Program-made: the position numbers and the translations under genes
Assembly (NCBI GenBank): GCA_014728525.1
Contig: WJLJ01000083.1
Span: 295 to 64,294 of the forward strand
DNA from: Candidatus Babelota bacterium
Lineage (GTDB): Bacteria; Babelota; Babeliae; Babelales; UASB340
Length of the DNA stretch: 64,000 nucleotides
Direction: 5' to 3'
Shown here: positions 37,992 to 48,017 of the stretch, piece by piece
Numbering within the stretch: position 1 is the stretch's first letter
Layout of the letters: every line of letters begins with the position of its first letter
The notes under the pieces: model-generated
The model's input: only the letters and a program-made list of their open reading frames with translations
Database searches by the model: none
What the model was told of the DNA's origin: nothing

Positions 37992-38047
37992 GTGCCCGTA
38001 GCTTCCGCCGTCGCACAAGGCTATGGCGGACAGGTATTTTGAAATAT
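37992..38047 (+). repeat. tRNA-slot module C, a distal copy preceded by its own CTTGAAATAT box at 37971..37980
   Basis: The 43-nt core GTGCCCGTAGCTTCCGCCGTCGCACAAGGCTATGGCGGACAGG is identical to module A. Confidence 0.85.
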
Positions 38048-38058
38048 AAACTTCCTAC

Positions 38059-38099
38059 TTCGCGTGAAGCTTCGTAGGACAAGTCCTCTGGCACGGCCA
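38059..38099 (+). pseudogene. Collapsed tRNA-Arg relic, with internal D-arm/anticodon-arm and T-loop deletions
   Basis: TTCGCGTGAAGCT|TCGTAGG|ACAA|GTCCT|CTGGCACGGCCA aligns piecewise with GTGCCCGTAGCT...CCGTAGG...GTCCTGCCGGGCACGCCA of tRNA-Arg. It sits 11 nt after the box, as the real tRNA does. Confidence 0.6.
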
Positions 38100-38175
38100 G
38101 TTTTTTAAAGGCCTATTAAAATAGCTTTATTTATTAGATATTGAGTTTTAAGAACTTATAATTGTTAATTTTTCA

Positions 38176-38370
38176 TTATTTTTTAACCCATTTATCATCT
38201 TTTTTTTCATAATCTTTTTTTACAGCACTCCAAGCAACTTTCATAGCTGTTTTTTCAGAATCATATTCGTGTATTGCGCTATTAAATGCTTTACGAAATA
38301 TTGTTTGAGCATGCTCAGGTAAAACATTTTTAATCGATTCAGGAAGATCATCATTATTTTTATATGGCAT
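38176..38370 (-). CDS. chaB: ChaB-family protein
   Basis: MPYKNNDDLPESIKNVLPEHAQTIFRKAFNSA is a typical ChaB N-terminus. Length 64 aa. Confidence 0.7.
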   Translation of the reverse strand: MPYKNNDDLPESIKNVLPEHAQTIFRKAFNSAIHEYDSEKTAMKVAWSAVKKDYEKKDDKWVKK

Positions 38371-38532
38371 AATAAACTCCTTTTTTAAAAAAATTAATAT
38401 AATTATTTTGTTGTTTTTATTAAAAAATCACATTATTTCAGTAAAACACAAAGATAATTTTATTGTAACCCATCAAGATAATATGATATTATTATAAAAT
38501 AAAAGAGAAAAACGTTTTCAGGGGGAATATTA

Positions 38533-41091
38533 ATGAATGAAAATAATCTTACATATGCTTTTATTCATGTTCTAAATGAGGCTGTATCTATAGCAAATCA
38601 AAATGATCATAATACTATTCAAACAATTCATTTTTTAGCTGCTGCTTTAAGAAATGATTTTTGTATATATGCTTGCCAAAATTTTAATATAAATATTCAA
38701 GAATTAAAAAGTTTAATAGAAAAAGAATTTGAAAAAATCCCCAAATTAACATATGGAAGGCCCGCTGTTGATTATACTTTACAAGAATTTATATTAGAAT
38801 GTGAAAAAGTAGCTAAAGCGTTAGGTGATGAATTCATAAGCTTGGATGTAGCGCTTTTAGTTTTTTCAAAAACTAAAACATTACCGGAATCTATTATAAG
38901 ATATTTTAAAAATAAAAAATTTAATTATGATGTAGCAAAACAATGGGTAGACAACTTACGGGAAGGACAAACAGTGAAAAGCCAAAACGTAGAAAATCAA
39001 TATAAAGTTTTAGAAAAATATTGTACCGACTTAACCAAATTAGCCAAACAAGGAAAACTGGATCCCGTTATAGGAAGAAATGAGGAAATTAGAAGAGTTA
39101 TTCAAATTTTATCAAGAAGAACAAAAAATAATCCTGTTCTAGTTGGTGATCCCGGAGTTGGAAAAACTGCAATTGTTGAAGGTATTGCACAAAGAATTGT
39201 AGATAATGATGTTCCGGAAAGCCTACGAAATAATAAAATTTTAGCTTTAGATATGGGAGCTTTAGTTGCAGGAACAAAATTCCGAGGCGAATTTGAAGAA
39301 AGATTAAAAGCTATTTTAAATGAGATAGAAAAAGCTCATCATTCCATAGTATTGTTCATAGATGAATTACATATGTTAGTCGGCGCGGGTGCTACAAATG
39401 GAGGAATGGATGCTTCGAATTTACTAAAACCTGCTCTTGCCAGAGGTGTTTTACATTGCGTTGGAGCAACTACATTAAAAGAATATAAAAAATATATAGA
39501 AAAAGATGCGGCACTAGAAAGAAGATTTCAAAGAGTTTTGGTTGAAGAGCCATCAATAGAAGATACTATTTCTATTTTACGCGGAATAAAAGAAAAATAT
39601 GAATTGCATCATGGAATAAGAATTAAAGATGCTGCACTTGTAAAAGCAGCTCAATTAGCAGCTACAATGATTCCTGATAGGTTTTTACCCGATAAAGCAA
39701 TCGACTTGATTGATGAAGCAGCTTCTCTGGTAAAAATGACTATAGATTCTCGCCCGGAAGAAATTGATAAATTAGAACGACAAATAAAACGATTAGAAAT
39801 TGAAAAGGTAGCATTAAAAAAAGAAAAAGATGAAGTTTCTAAAAAAAGACTAGAAGAAATAGAAAAAGAACTAGCTAATTTAAAAGAAAAAAATAAAGAA
39901 CTTTTTGCTGTTTGGAAAGCAGAAAAAGAACCTTTAGAAAATATTCAAAAAATAAAAGAAGAAATAGAAGATACAAAGGTAGAATATCTTCATGCAGAAC
40001 GTGAAGGTGATTTTGATAAAGCTTCAAAATTAAAATATGGAAAATTAGTTGAATTACAAAAAAAATTAGAAACAGAACAAGCTAAATTAAAAAAATTAAA
40101 ATCTCATTTAATAAAAGAAGAAGTAGATGAAAACGATATTGCAACAGTGCTTTCTCGTTGGGTAAAAATACCGGTAGACAGACTAAAAAAAGATGAAACT
40201 CAAAAATTAATAGATATGGAAGTAGAGTTACATAAAAGAGTTGTTGGACAAGATGAAGCAATAAGAAAAGTTGCTAACAGAATAAGGGTACACAGAGCCG
40301 GAATAGCAGAACAGAATAAACCAATCGGTTCTTTTTTATTTTTAGGACCTACCGGTGTTGGTAAAACAGAAGTTGCAAAAACATTAGCCTCATTTTTATT
40401 CAATGATGAAAATAAATTAATAAGAATAGATATGTCTGAATATATGGAAAAACATTCAGTTGCAAAATTAATAGGTTCTCCTCCAGGTTATGTTGGTTAT
40501 GAAGAAGGAGGTCAATTAACCGAACAGGTAAGAAAACATCCTTATTCGGTAATTTTAATAGACGAAATAGAAAAAGCTCATCCTGATATATTTAATTTAT
40601 TTTTGCAGATACTTGATGATGGAAGACTTACTGATGCACAAGGAAGAACTGTTTCATTTAAAAATTGCATAATTATTATGACATCAAATATTGGATCTCA
40701 AATAATACTAAAAGCAGGAAAGGTAACCGATAAAGTAAAACAAGAAATAGATAGTCTATTATTTAAATTTTTTAAACCGGAGTTTTTAAACAGAATTGAT
40801 GAAATAGTTTATTTCAACTCTCTAGATGAAACAGATCTTAAAAGTATCGTTAAAATACAAATTGATAGACTCAAAGATAGACTTGAAAAGAAAAATATTT
40901 CTCTGAAAGTTACTGATAAAGCAGTTGATAAATTTATTAAACTTGGTTTTGTAAAAGAATTTGGTGCAAGACCGTTAAAAAGAGCAATTGAAACTCATTT
41001 AGTCAATCCGTTAGCAGTTAAAATGTTAGAAGAACCAAATAAAAAAGAGTTTACAGTTAATGTTAAAAATGATGCTCTTGTAATAAATTAA
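38533..41091 (+). CDS. clpB: Chaperone disaggregase ClpB
   Basis: Two AAA+ modules (GDPGVGKT and GPTGVGKT). A long middle coiled coil lies between them. Length 852 aa. Confidence 0.95.
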   Translation: MNENNLTYAFIHVLNEAVSIANQNDHNTIQTIHFLAAALRNDFCIYACQNFNINIQELKSLIEKEFEKIPKLTYGRPAVDYTLQEFILECEKVAKALGDEFISLDVALLVFSKTKTLPESIIRYFKNKKFNYDVAKQWVDNLREGQTVKSQNVENQYKVLEKYCTDLTKLAKQGKLDPVIGRNEEIRRVIQILSRRTKNNPVLVGDPGVGKTAIVEGIAQRIVDNDVPESLRNNKILALDMGALVAGTKFRGEFEERLKAILNEIEKAHHSIVLFIDELHMLVGAGATNGGMDASNLLKPALARGVLHCVGATTLKEYKKYIEKDAALERRFQRVLVEEPSIEDTISILRGIKEKYELHHGIRIKDAALVKAAQLAATMIPDRFLPDKAIDLIDEAASLVKMTIDSRPEEIDKLERQIKRLEIEKVALKKEKDEVSKKRLEEIEKELANLKEKNKELFAVWKAEKEPLENIQKIKEEIEDTKVEYLHAEREGDFDKASKLKYGKLVELQKKLETEQAKLKKLKSHLIKEEVDENDIATVLSRWVKIPVDRLKKDETQKLIDMEVELHKRVVGQDEAIRKVANRIRVHRAGIAEQNKPIGSFLFLGPTGVGKTEVAKTLASFLFNDENKLIRIDMSEYMEKHSVAKLIGSPPGYVGYEEGGQLTEQVRKHPYSVILIDEIEKAHPDIFNLFLQILDDGRLTDAQGRTVSFKNCIIIMTSNIGSQIILKAGKVTDKVKQEIDSLLFKFFKPEFLNRIDEIVYFNSLDETDLKSIVKIQIDRLKDRLEKKNISLKVTDKAVDKFIKLGFVKEFGARPLKRAIETHLVNPLAVKMLEEPNKKEFTVNVKNDALVIN

Positions 41092-41148
41092 ACTTATACC
41101 TAAGTTGTGACCTTCGATTTTTTATAATAAATAAAATCACATAAAAAA

Positions 41149-41979
41149 TCAATCTAACGATAAATCGGGGTTTCTAGGATATCGAACACGCTTTGTATCT
41201 TTACCTTCTTTATAATAAACATGAACTTCTGTATAATTTTTTGCTTTTTTTTCTACAAACTCTTTATCATCTTTTAAAATATTTTCGAACAATCTATAAA
41301 ACTTAAAAAATTCTTCCGAATCTTTATAATCTTTTGAATAATCCATTAAGGTAAAAGGTCTGCCAACCGTTTGACCAAACTTTCTTAATTTATTCCATAA
41401 ATAAGATGTAGTATTTTTAGTTTTTTCAGAAATCTTATCAACATTTTCTTTTGCCTTCATATATCCGTAACTAAGTTTTATGCTTTTTCCCAAAATTCCA
41501 AACTTTGTAATAAAATAAGCAGCTACAGCCACTAAAACTAAATAAAATTTACTTGAATTTTTAGACTTCTGTATTTTAGAACCCATAGAAGTTAAAATAG
41601 CCGGGAAGTTTCTGGTCATCTCAAGTTGTAAATAAAGATTTGGATCAATTGATGTATTTGGACTACGCGTAAATTCGGAAAAAGATTTTTTTATATGTTC
41701 TTGTAAGTCTTTTGAAATTGCAGAAAAAAATATAGTTCTATTTTCTTCATTAGCTTCAAAACCTGCTTTTTTAATTAATTTATCTAAAAATTCATCTTGA
41801 ATCATTTTTTTATAAATCTGATAATCAAAAAGCAAGTTAGTTGCACTTTGTTCCATATCAATACCTTGATCTACCAAAACAGATCGTAAATCTTTAGATA
41901 ATTTATTTTTATTGAACCAAGGTTTTAAATTGTTAAATGTCGACAAAAATAAAAAAATTAATAATATCCCCTTTTTCAT
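41149..41979 (-). CDS. Hypothetical membrane/secreted protein
   Basis: The ATG at 41979 (MKKGILLIFLFLSTF) follows AAGGGGGG; the listed start at 42045 is upstream of that RBS. Internal TM segment: FYLVLVAVAAYFITKFGILG. Confidence 0.55.
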   Translation of the reverse strand: MKKGILLIFLFLSTFNNLKPWFNKNKLSKDLRSVLVDQGIDMEQSATNLLFDYQIYKKMIQDEFLDKLIKKAGFEANEENRTIFFSAISKDLQEHIKKSFSEFTRSPNTSIDPNLYLQLEMTRNFPAILTSMGSKIQKSKNSSKFYLVLVAVAAYFITKFGILGKSIKLSYGYMKAKENVDKISEKTKNTTSYLWNKLRKFGQTVGRPFTLMDYSKDYKDSEEFFKFYRLFENILKDDKEFVEKKAKNYTEVHVYYKEGKDTKRVRYPRNPDLSLD

Positions 41980-42059
41980 ATTTCCCCCCTTAAAAGAAAT
42001 TGTTATATTATTGCTAGTTTTACAATTATCAAAATCATTATTCAAGAAAAAAGATAAAT

Positions 42060-42635
42060 ATGAAAAAAGAAATATACTTTGTAACAGGTAATCCGGGTAA
42101 ATTTGAAGAAGTAAAAAAATATATAGAAAAAAATGTTCCTGAAATCGAAATAAAACAATTAAAAGCAGATATACCGGAAATACAAACCCTTGATCAAAAA
42201 GAAATAATTATAGATAAAGCAATAAAAGCCTGGGAAATTTTAAAAAAGCCTTTAATTGTAGATGATGGGGCTATGTATTTTGAAAAATATAATAAATTTC
42301 CGGGAGTAATGTCTAAATATGTAGCCATAGGTTTAGGATTTGAAGGTTTAAAAAAAATTGTTGAAAATGAAGACAAAGCAAGATTTTTACTTTATATAGC
42401 GTATATAGATAGTCCCGAATCAATAAAATTATTTGAAGGAAAATCTGAGGGTAAAATTAGAAAACCCGATAAGTTTAATGGAAATCCACATTTACCTTAT
42501 AGTTGCATGTTTGTACCAAACGGTACAGATAAAGTATACGAAGATCTAAGACACACAAAAGAAGGTGAGCCATTTTTACATAGAATAAAAGCATTAAAAA
42601 AATTTATAGATTGGTATAAAAAAGAAAAAATATAA
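42060..42635 (+). CDS. rdgB: Non-canonical purine NTP pyrophosphatase (Ham1/RdgB family)
   Basis: IYFVTGNPGKFEEV N-terminus and a 191-aa length. Confidence 0.8.
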   Translation: MKKEIYFVTGNPGKFEEVKKYIEKNVPEIEIKQLKADIPEIQTLDQKEIIIDKAIKAWEILKKPLIVDDGAMYFEKYNKFPGVMSKYVAIGLGFEGLKKIVENEDKARFLLYIAYIDSPESIKLFEGKSEGKIRKPDKFNGNPHLPYSCMFVPNGTDKVYEDLRHTKEGEPFLHRIKALKKFIDWYKKEKI

Positions 42636-42638
42636 AAT

Positions 42639-42932
42639 TTAATTTATCAAACGCATATATTTGTTATATTTCTCGAGTTCTATACACCCTTTACCGGGAA
42701 TAAATATAGTCTTTGGCGGTAAAGGTTTAAAATTTTTTCTTTTTTTTATTAAATTACCTTTTTTATTAATTTCGAATTCTTGTTGATCTGAATAATTTTT
42801 TTTGAGAATGCTACAAAGATATTGTATTCTTAATTTTTTTATAATTTCAATTCTATCATCACATCTCATTCCAAAACAACAAACAAAAGTTGAATATAAA
42901 AATATAAAATAAATATTTTTAAAGAATTTCAC
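42639..42932 (-). CDS. Small hypothetical secreted protein (97 aa)
   Basis: Hydrophobic N-terminus. I recognised no family. Confidence 0.4.
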   Translation of the reverse strand: MKFFKNIYFIFLYSTFVCCFGMRCDDRIEIIKKLRIQYLCSILKKNYSDQQEFEINKKGNLIKKRKNFKPLPPKTIFIPGKGCIELEKYNKYMRLIN

Positions 42933-42958
42933 CTTTTATCCTTTTTTTAAATAAAATC

Positions 42959-45514
42959 TTATAAAACTTGTTTTAAGTATTTACCTGTAAAACCTTTTTT
43001 GGAATTACTAATTTCTTCAGGAGTTCCAAGCGCAACAATCTTTCCACCTTCATCTCCACCTTCAGGACCAATATCTATCAAATAATCCACAGATTTTAAA
43101 ACATCCAGATTATGTTCTATTACTAAAACAGAATTACCTCTATCAACTAATTTATTTAAAACAATTAAAAGTTTGTTAACATCGGCACTGTGTAAACCGG
43201 TTGTAGGCTCATCTAAAACATAAAAAGTATTTTTTCCTCTTTTAGCAAGTTCATTTACAAGTTTTATCCGTTGAGCTTCCCCTCCGGAAAGAGTCGTAGA
43301 AGGTTGACCTAATTTTAAATAATCTAAACCAACTTCATTTAATAATTTTAATCTTTTATAAATTCGAGGAAAAGTTTTAAAAAAGTCTAAAGCTTCAAGA
43401 ACAGACATATTCAAAATATCTGCAATAGTTTTATCTTTAAACTTAATTTCCAAAGTTTGTTGATTATAGCGCTTACCTTTACAAGTTTTACAAGTAACAA
43501 TAACATCCTCTAAAAAATGCATCGGTATTTTTAAAACTCCATCCCCATTACATTCAAAACAACGTCCGTCTCTAACATTAAAACTAAATCTTCCTACCTT
43601 ATAACCACGAGCATTACTTTCAGGTAGTCCTGCATAAAGTTTTCTTATCTCATCAAAAATACCTAAATATGTTGCCGGATTAGATCTAGGGGTTCTTCCA
43701 ATAGGACTTTGATCTACCATAACCATATTAGAAATATTCTCAATTCCTTTTAATTCTTGAATATAAGGAGATATAGGCCAACCATTAGAAAAATAATTTT
43801 TTAAAGCCGGAACTAAAGACTGAACAATCAAACTACTTTTTCCGGAACCAGAAACACCTGAAACTGCAGAAAAAACTCCAATAGGAATATCAACATCAAT
43901 ATTTTTTAAATTATTTGCATTTGCTTTTTTTATCTGTAAAAAAGTTATCGGTTCTCTGCGTTTTTTAGGAACAATTATTTTTTTTCTTCCCGAAATATAA
44001 TCACCGGTCAATGATTTTTTATCTTTTCCAACTTTTTCCGGATGACCGTGAGAAGTAATTTTACCCCCAAGAATTCCTGCTGCCGGTCCCATATCAATTA
44101 AATAATCAGCACTAAGAATAGTATCCATATCATGTTCTACAACAAGAACAGTATTACCTTGATCTCTTAACTTTTTTAAGGTTTTAATCAATCTATCATT
44201 ATCTCTTTGATGTAAACCAATACTCGGCTCATCTAAAATATAAATAACACCGCTTAAGCTGGAACCTATCTGAGTTGCAAGCCTAATTCTTTGACCCTCT
44301 CCACCGGAAAGAGATCTAGCGGTTCTATTTAAAGTTAAATAAGAAAGTCCAACATTATTTAAAAATGTTAATCTGCTTAATATTTCTCTTAATAATGATT
44401 TTGCAATACTTTTTTGATCTTCTTTTAATTTTAAATTTTTAAAAAATTTTAAAGCATTTTTTATAGATAAAATAGTAATATCATAAATATTTTTATTATT
44501 TATTTTCACAGATAAAGCTTCATCGTTTAATCTCTTACCTTTACAAAAGGAACATTTTAATTCTTTTGCATATCTTCCAAAATGATCCGGATATTTTGTC
44601 TTCCAAAAATCTTTATCGTTTTTTTTCCAAGGCCATTTTTGAGTAAAGCCCAAACCATGACAATTTTTACATGCTCCTATCGGAGAATTAAAAGAAAACA
44701 ATCGAGGCTCTAACTCCGGAAAAGATCTTACGCAATCTATACAAATTCTTAAGGAAGAATAATGTTCCGATTTACCTTTTTCATCAATTACGGAACATAA
44801 ACCCTTATTAAGTTTAAAAGCTTTTTCTATTGCTTCTTGCAATCTTTGAGATTCTTGAGGAACAACATGTAAATTATCAACCAAAACACTTATAGTATGT
44901 TGATAACGTTTTTGTAATTTAACTTTATCTATATCTTTTTCGTATCTAAAGCGATAAGTTTTTCCATCAATCAAAAATCTATAAAAACCCAGTTCAAAAT
45001 ATTTTTTAAGATCTCTTGTAAATTCACCCTTTTTTTCAACAGCAACCGGTGCAGCTATAGTTATGTTTTTATTTAAAAATTTTGTCAACAAAACCTTTGT
45101 TATTCTTTCCGGGGATTCTGCCTTAATTTCTTTCCCGCATTCAGGGCAATTCGGTTGACCTATACGAGCAAATAAAACCCTAAAATAATCATATATTTCT
45201 GTTATTGTTCCAACAGTAGAACGAGGATTATAACCCACAGTTTTTTGATCTATAGCAATAGCTGGACAAAGACCCTCTATTTTTTCAACATTAGGTCTTT
45301 TAGAAACTCCTAAAAACTGTCTGGCATAGGAAGATAAAGATTCAACGTAACGCCTTTTACCTTCTGCATATATTGTATCAAGCGCAAGAGAGCTTTTTCC
45401 TGATCCGGAAGGACCGGTAATAACTACAAACTTGCCTTTAGGAATATCAACATTAATAGACTTTAAATTATGTTCTTTTGCTCCAAAAACACTTATTTTT
45501 TCTTTTTTTATCAT
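42959..45514 (-). CDS. uvrA: Excinuclease ABC subunit A (UvrA), short form
   Basis: GPSGSGKSS and GVSGSGKSS Walker A motifs, two LSGGE signatures and zinc modules. I prefer the ATG at 45514 (MIKKEKISVFGAKEHNLK) to the listed TTG at 45538. Confidence 0.93.
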   Translation of the reverse strand: MIKKEKISVFGAKEHNLKSINVDIPKGKFVVITGPSGSGKSSLALDTIYAEGKRRYVESLSSYARQFLGVSKRPNVEKIEGLCPAIAIDQKTVGYNPRSTVGTITEIYDYFRVLFARIGQPNCPECGKEIKAESPERITKVLLTKFLNKNITIAAPVAVEKKGEFTRDLKKYFELGFYRFLIDGKTYRFRYEKDIDKVKLQKRYQHTISVLVDNLHVVPQESQRLQEAIEKAFKLNKGLCSVIDEKGKSEHYSSLRICIDCVRSFPELEPRLFSFNSPIGACKNCHGLGFTQKWPWKKNDKDFWKTKYPDHFGRYAKELKCSFCKGKRLNDEALSVKINNKNIYDITILSIKNALKFFKNLKLKEDQKSIAKSLLREILSRLTFLNNVGLSYLTLNRTARSLSGGEGQRIRLATQIGSSLSGVIYILDEPSIGLHQRDNDRLIKTLKKLRDQGNTVLVVEHDMDTILSADYLIDMGPAAGILGGKITSHGHPEKVGKDKKSLTGDYISGRKKIIVPKKRREPITFLQIKKANANNLKNIDVDIPIGVFSAVSGVSGSGKSSLIVQSLVPALKNYFSNGWPISPYIQELKGIENISNMVMVDQSPIGRTPRSNPATYLGIFDEIRKLYAGLPESNARGYKVGRFSFNVRDGRCFECNGDGVLKIPMHFLEDVIVTCKTCKGKRYNQQTLEIKFKDKTIADILNMSVLEALDFFKTFPRIYKRLKLLNEVGLDYLKLGQPSTTLSGGEAQRIKLVNELAKRGKNTFYVLDEPTTGLHSADVNKLLIVLNKLVDRGNSVLVIEHNLDVLKSVDYLIDIGPEGGDEGGKIVALGTPEEISNSKKGFTGKYLKQVL

Positions 45515-45666
45515 AATTAATCTAGGTTTTACCCCCAATAGTTATTTTACTCCACTTTTTTTTAATATAATGTTTAGACTTGTATTATAACAACAAAAAA
45601 CACCTATTCAAAAAGGGATAGCCTATAAAAAATATAATTAACCCTTTTATAAATAAAAAGGACCAC

Positions 45667-45694
45667 TTGAAATTTTTAATATCAATTTTATAAT
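45667..45694 (+). promoter_or_regulatory. Near-consensus sigma70-type promoter upstream of the exported Hsp20 gene
   Basis: TTGAAA, 16-nt spacer, TATAAT. It lies about 45 nt upstream of the ATG, and GAGGAGG is the RBS. Confidence 0.5.
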
Positions 45695-45738
45695 TTTTAA
45701 GAATACACTTAAAAACCCTTAAACACGAGGAGGAAAAT

Positions 45739-46317
45739 ATGAATAAAATAATATATTCTTTGATTTTTTCTACAATTATATTTTCAAACAGTAACGCCAA
45801 AAGTAACTTTTGGTCAGATTGGGATAATTGGTCTAAAGAATCTTCAAAATTAATGGATAAATTCGTTGATAATCTTAAGAAAACAAGAAAAAATATTGAT
45901 GAAGTATTCGATAAACTAAAAGAAGATTATTTTGAATCGGATATAAGCAACGTTAATATTTTTGAAACAAAATCCGGAAATGAATGGGGCATTGAGTTTA
46001 AATTACCCGGCTTTAAAAAAGAAGACATAAAAATAAAAATCGATGAAGATGGTTTTTTACATGTAAATGCAGAAACAGAAATTGATGAAAAAACTAAAAG
46101 AAAAAATGATAAAAATAAGAATTACATTTATGAAAGCAAAAATTTTTCAGCAAGAAAATTCTCTCAAACTATAAAATTACCTGAAAATATAGAATATATG
46201 GATCAAAAAAATATCAAAGTTAATTATGATGAAAAAACAGGAATTTTAGAAATTAAATTCCCAAAGAAAAAAGAAAAAACAAAACAAAATAAAGAAATAG
46301 AATTAGAACTTAAATAA
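45739..46317 (+). CDS. Hsp20/alpha-crystallin-domain protein with an N-terminal signal peptide
   Basis: Signal peptide MNKIIYSLIFSTIIFSNSNA|KS. Crystallin-domain segments WGIEFKLPGFKKEDIKIKIDEDGFLHVNAE and GILEIKFPKKKE. Confidence 0.7.
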   Translation: MNKIIYSLIFSTIIFSNSNAKSNFWSDWDNWSKESSKLMDKFVDNLKKTRKNIDEVFDKLKEDYFESDISNVNIFETKSGNEWGIEFKLPGFKKEDIKIKIDEDGFLHVNAETEIDEKTKRKNDKNKNYIYESKNFSARKFSQTIKLPENIEYMDQKNIKVNYDEKTGILEIKFPKKKEKTKQNKEIELELK

Positions 46318-46348
46318 AAAGTAGGCCCGGGATCTTCCGGGCCTTTTT
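46316..46348. terminator. Bidirectional intrinsic terminator between convergent genes
   Basis: AAAAA gt AGGCCCGG gatctt CCGGGCCT TTTT. Confidence 0.8.
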
Positions 46349-48002
46349 AAAACTCAAAACTTAAACCTAAATTTAATCTAAATAATTCTTCAACATTAAT
46401 TCCTGCAAATGTATATAAAAAACCTAAATTAAACCTAAAGTGATCATCTATTTGATACATATAAGAAGCACCTATTCTATGTTCGAAATACCAACTATTA
46501 TCCGTAACAATTGATTGTTGATATTCTTCATAATCCAACCAACCTCTTGTATAATCTTTCCATTTAGCACCAAAATCATAATAAAAATCAAAAAAAGCAT
46601 TCCTATCTAAAAAACGTTCTAATACATTACCTATTCTTAAAAATATTTTTGGGCCGGGAATAATATTTAACTTTTGATCAATATTTGCAAATCTTCTTGC
46701 CTGAGCATCTTGCTCATCTGTAAAAATCCCATCTTCCCCTCTAAGATAAACCTCATTACCATATATCATTAAATCTGTTGCTTTTGAACCTTTAGCCGGT
46801 GTAATACCATCATAAGATTTTAATTTGGGCACCCTTCTATTAACTTTAGAAGGAAGACCGAACGATAAACTTAAAAAGGCATGCGGATTAAACCAACGAT
46901 CTTCAGAAAACAAAACAGAAGCAAACGGTTCTAAATAATAAAAACCGCCATTTCCAACTTCAGGATCCCAAAGTTTAGAAGTATCCCTACCTTTTGATGT
47001 TGGAATTACAAAATTCATACCAACAAAAAATCTTTCAACTTGTTTCCACTCAATTTCTGCATTAAAAAATAAAGATAGGTCACCTAAACCTAATGTAGAA
47101 TCCTTTTTGTTAAAACTGATTCCTTTTTGATCTAAAATGTCGATAAAAAAATTTTCTAAAGTTCCATATCTTTCAAAAAAATTTGGCCCTGCAGGAGGAT
47201 CTTCATCTTCTGAGCAAATTTCCTCCGGCTCATAATGTGCTTGCCTTAATAACTCTCGATCTGACGCACTAATATCTGAAACCAATTTTATTCTGTTCCC
47301 CTTTCTTATGACTGGAATTTGAAAACCTACAGAGATTGAACCCTGAGCTAAATGTTTAGAAAAATTTAAATCAACAATTTGTTTGTTATAACAAGCATCA
47401 AAATCTAAAGGTTGATCCGCCAATATATAAAGATAATGAAGTTTATTATACTCAGGTTCAGGCTCACCCGCACTTACTCTCCAAGCAACAATTTCTTCTT
47501 TCATTAATCTACTTACAAGTAAAATATCTTTTAAAGTCAAATTATTTTGCCTAAAAAGTAAATTCGAAAGATCTTGCTCTTCCCCTCCCGAATAAAAAGA
47601 TTGGTCTGCATAATCAAAACTAACATCTACTTGAAATATATTTTTTTGCATAAAAGGCTGAGAATAAAAAGGCCATTCAGGAATCTTATAAATAAAAACT
47701 TTATCATGCAATCCCTGTAATATTAAATCTTTATTTGTATTATAAACTTTATTTTTAACATGACTTTTAGCCTCATTAAAAACTCTTTTTCTTATCTGAC
47801 GTTTTGTTGTTTTTTCTATATGTTTAGAATATTTTTTTGCTTGTTCTTGAGCCCAAAATCTTTCTGCAATTATGTCTGTTAATTCTTCTTGCAAATCCTC
47901 ATAAAATTCCGAGTCTATATCATCTACTTCATCAACAGAAACAAGAAAAGAAAAAGAAATAAATGCAAAAACTAATATTGAAAAAAACTTATTAAATTTC
48001 AT
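46347..48002 (-). CDS. Outer-membrane beta-barrel protein (551 aa), family unknown
   Basis: Signal peptide. The C-terminus ...FRFNLGFLYTFAGINVEELFRLNLGLSFEF has alternating hydrophobic residues and a terminal Phe, typical of BAM substrates. Confidence 0.65.
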   Translation of the reverse strand: MKFNKFFSILVFAFISFSFLVSVDEVDDIDSEFYEDLQEELTDIIAERFWAQEQAKKYSKHIEKTTKRQIRKRVFNEAKSHVKNKVYNTNKDLILQGLHDKVFIYKIPEWPFYSQPFMQKNIFQVDVSFDYADQSFYSGGEEQDLSNLLFRQNNLTLKDILLVSRLMKEEIVAWRVSAGEPEPEYNKLHYLYILADQPLDFDACYNKQIVDLNFSKHLAQGSISVGFQIPVIRKGNRIKLVSDISASDRELLRQAHYEPEEICSEDEDPPAGPNFFERYGTLENFFIDILDQKGISFNKKDSTLGLGDLSLFFNAEIEWKQVERFFVGMNFVIPTSKGRDTSKLWDPEVGNGGFYYLEPFASVLFSEDRWFNPHAFLSLSFGLPSKVNRRVPKLKSYDGITPAKGSKATDLMIYGNEVYLRGEDGIFTDEQDAQARRFANIDQKLNIIPGPKIFLRIGNVLERFLDRNAFFDFYYDFGAKWKDYTRGWLDYEEYQQSIVTDNSWYFEHRIGASYMYQIDDHFRFNLGFLYTFAGINVEELFRLNLGLSFEF

Positions 48003-48017
48003 TTATGATCCAATAAG

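Noticed and set aside
45585-45800. Listed 71-aa minus-strand ORF in the uvrA / Hsp20 intergenic region
   Set aside because: It overlaps the promoter, the RBS and the signal-peptide codons of the plus-strand Hsp20 gene. It has no RBS and no recognisable features.
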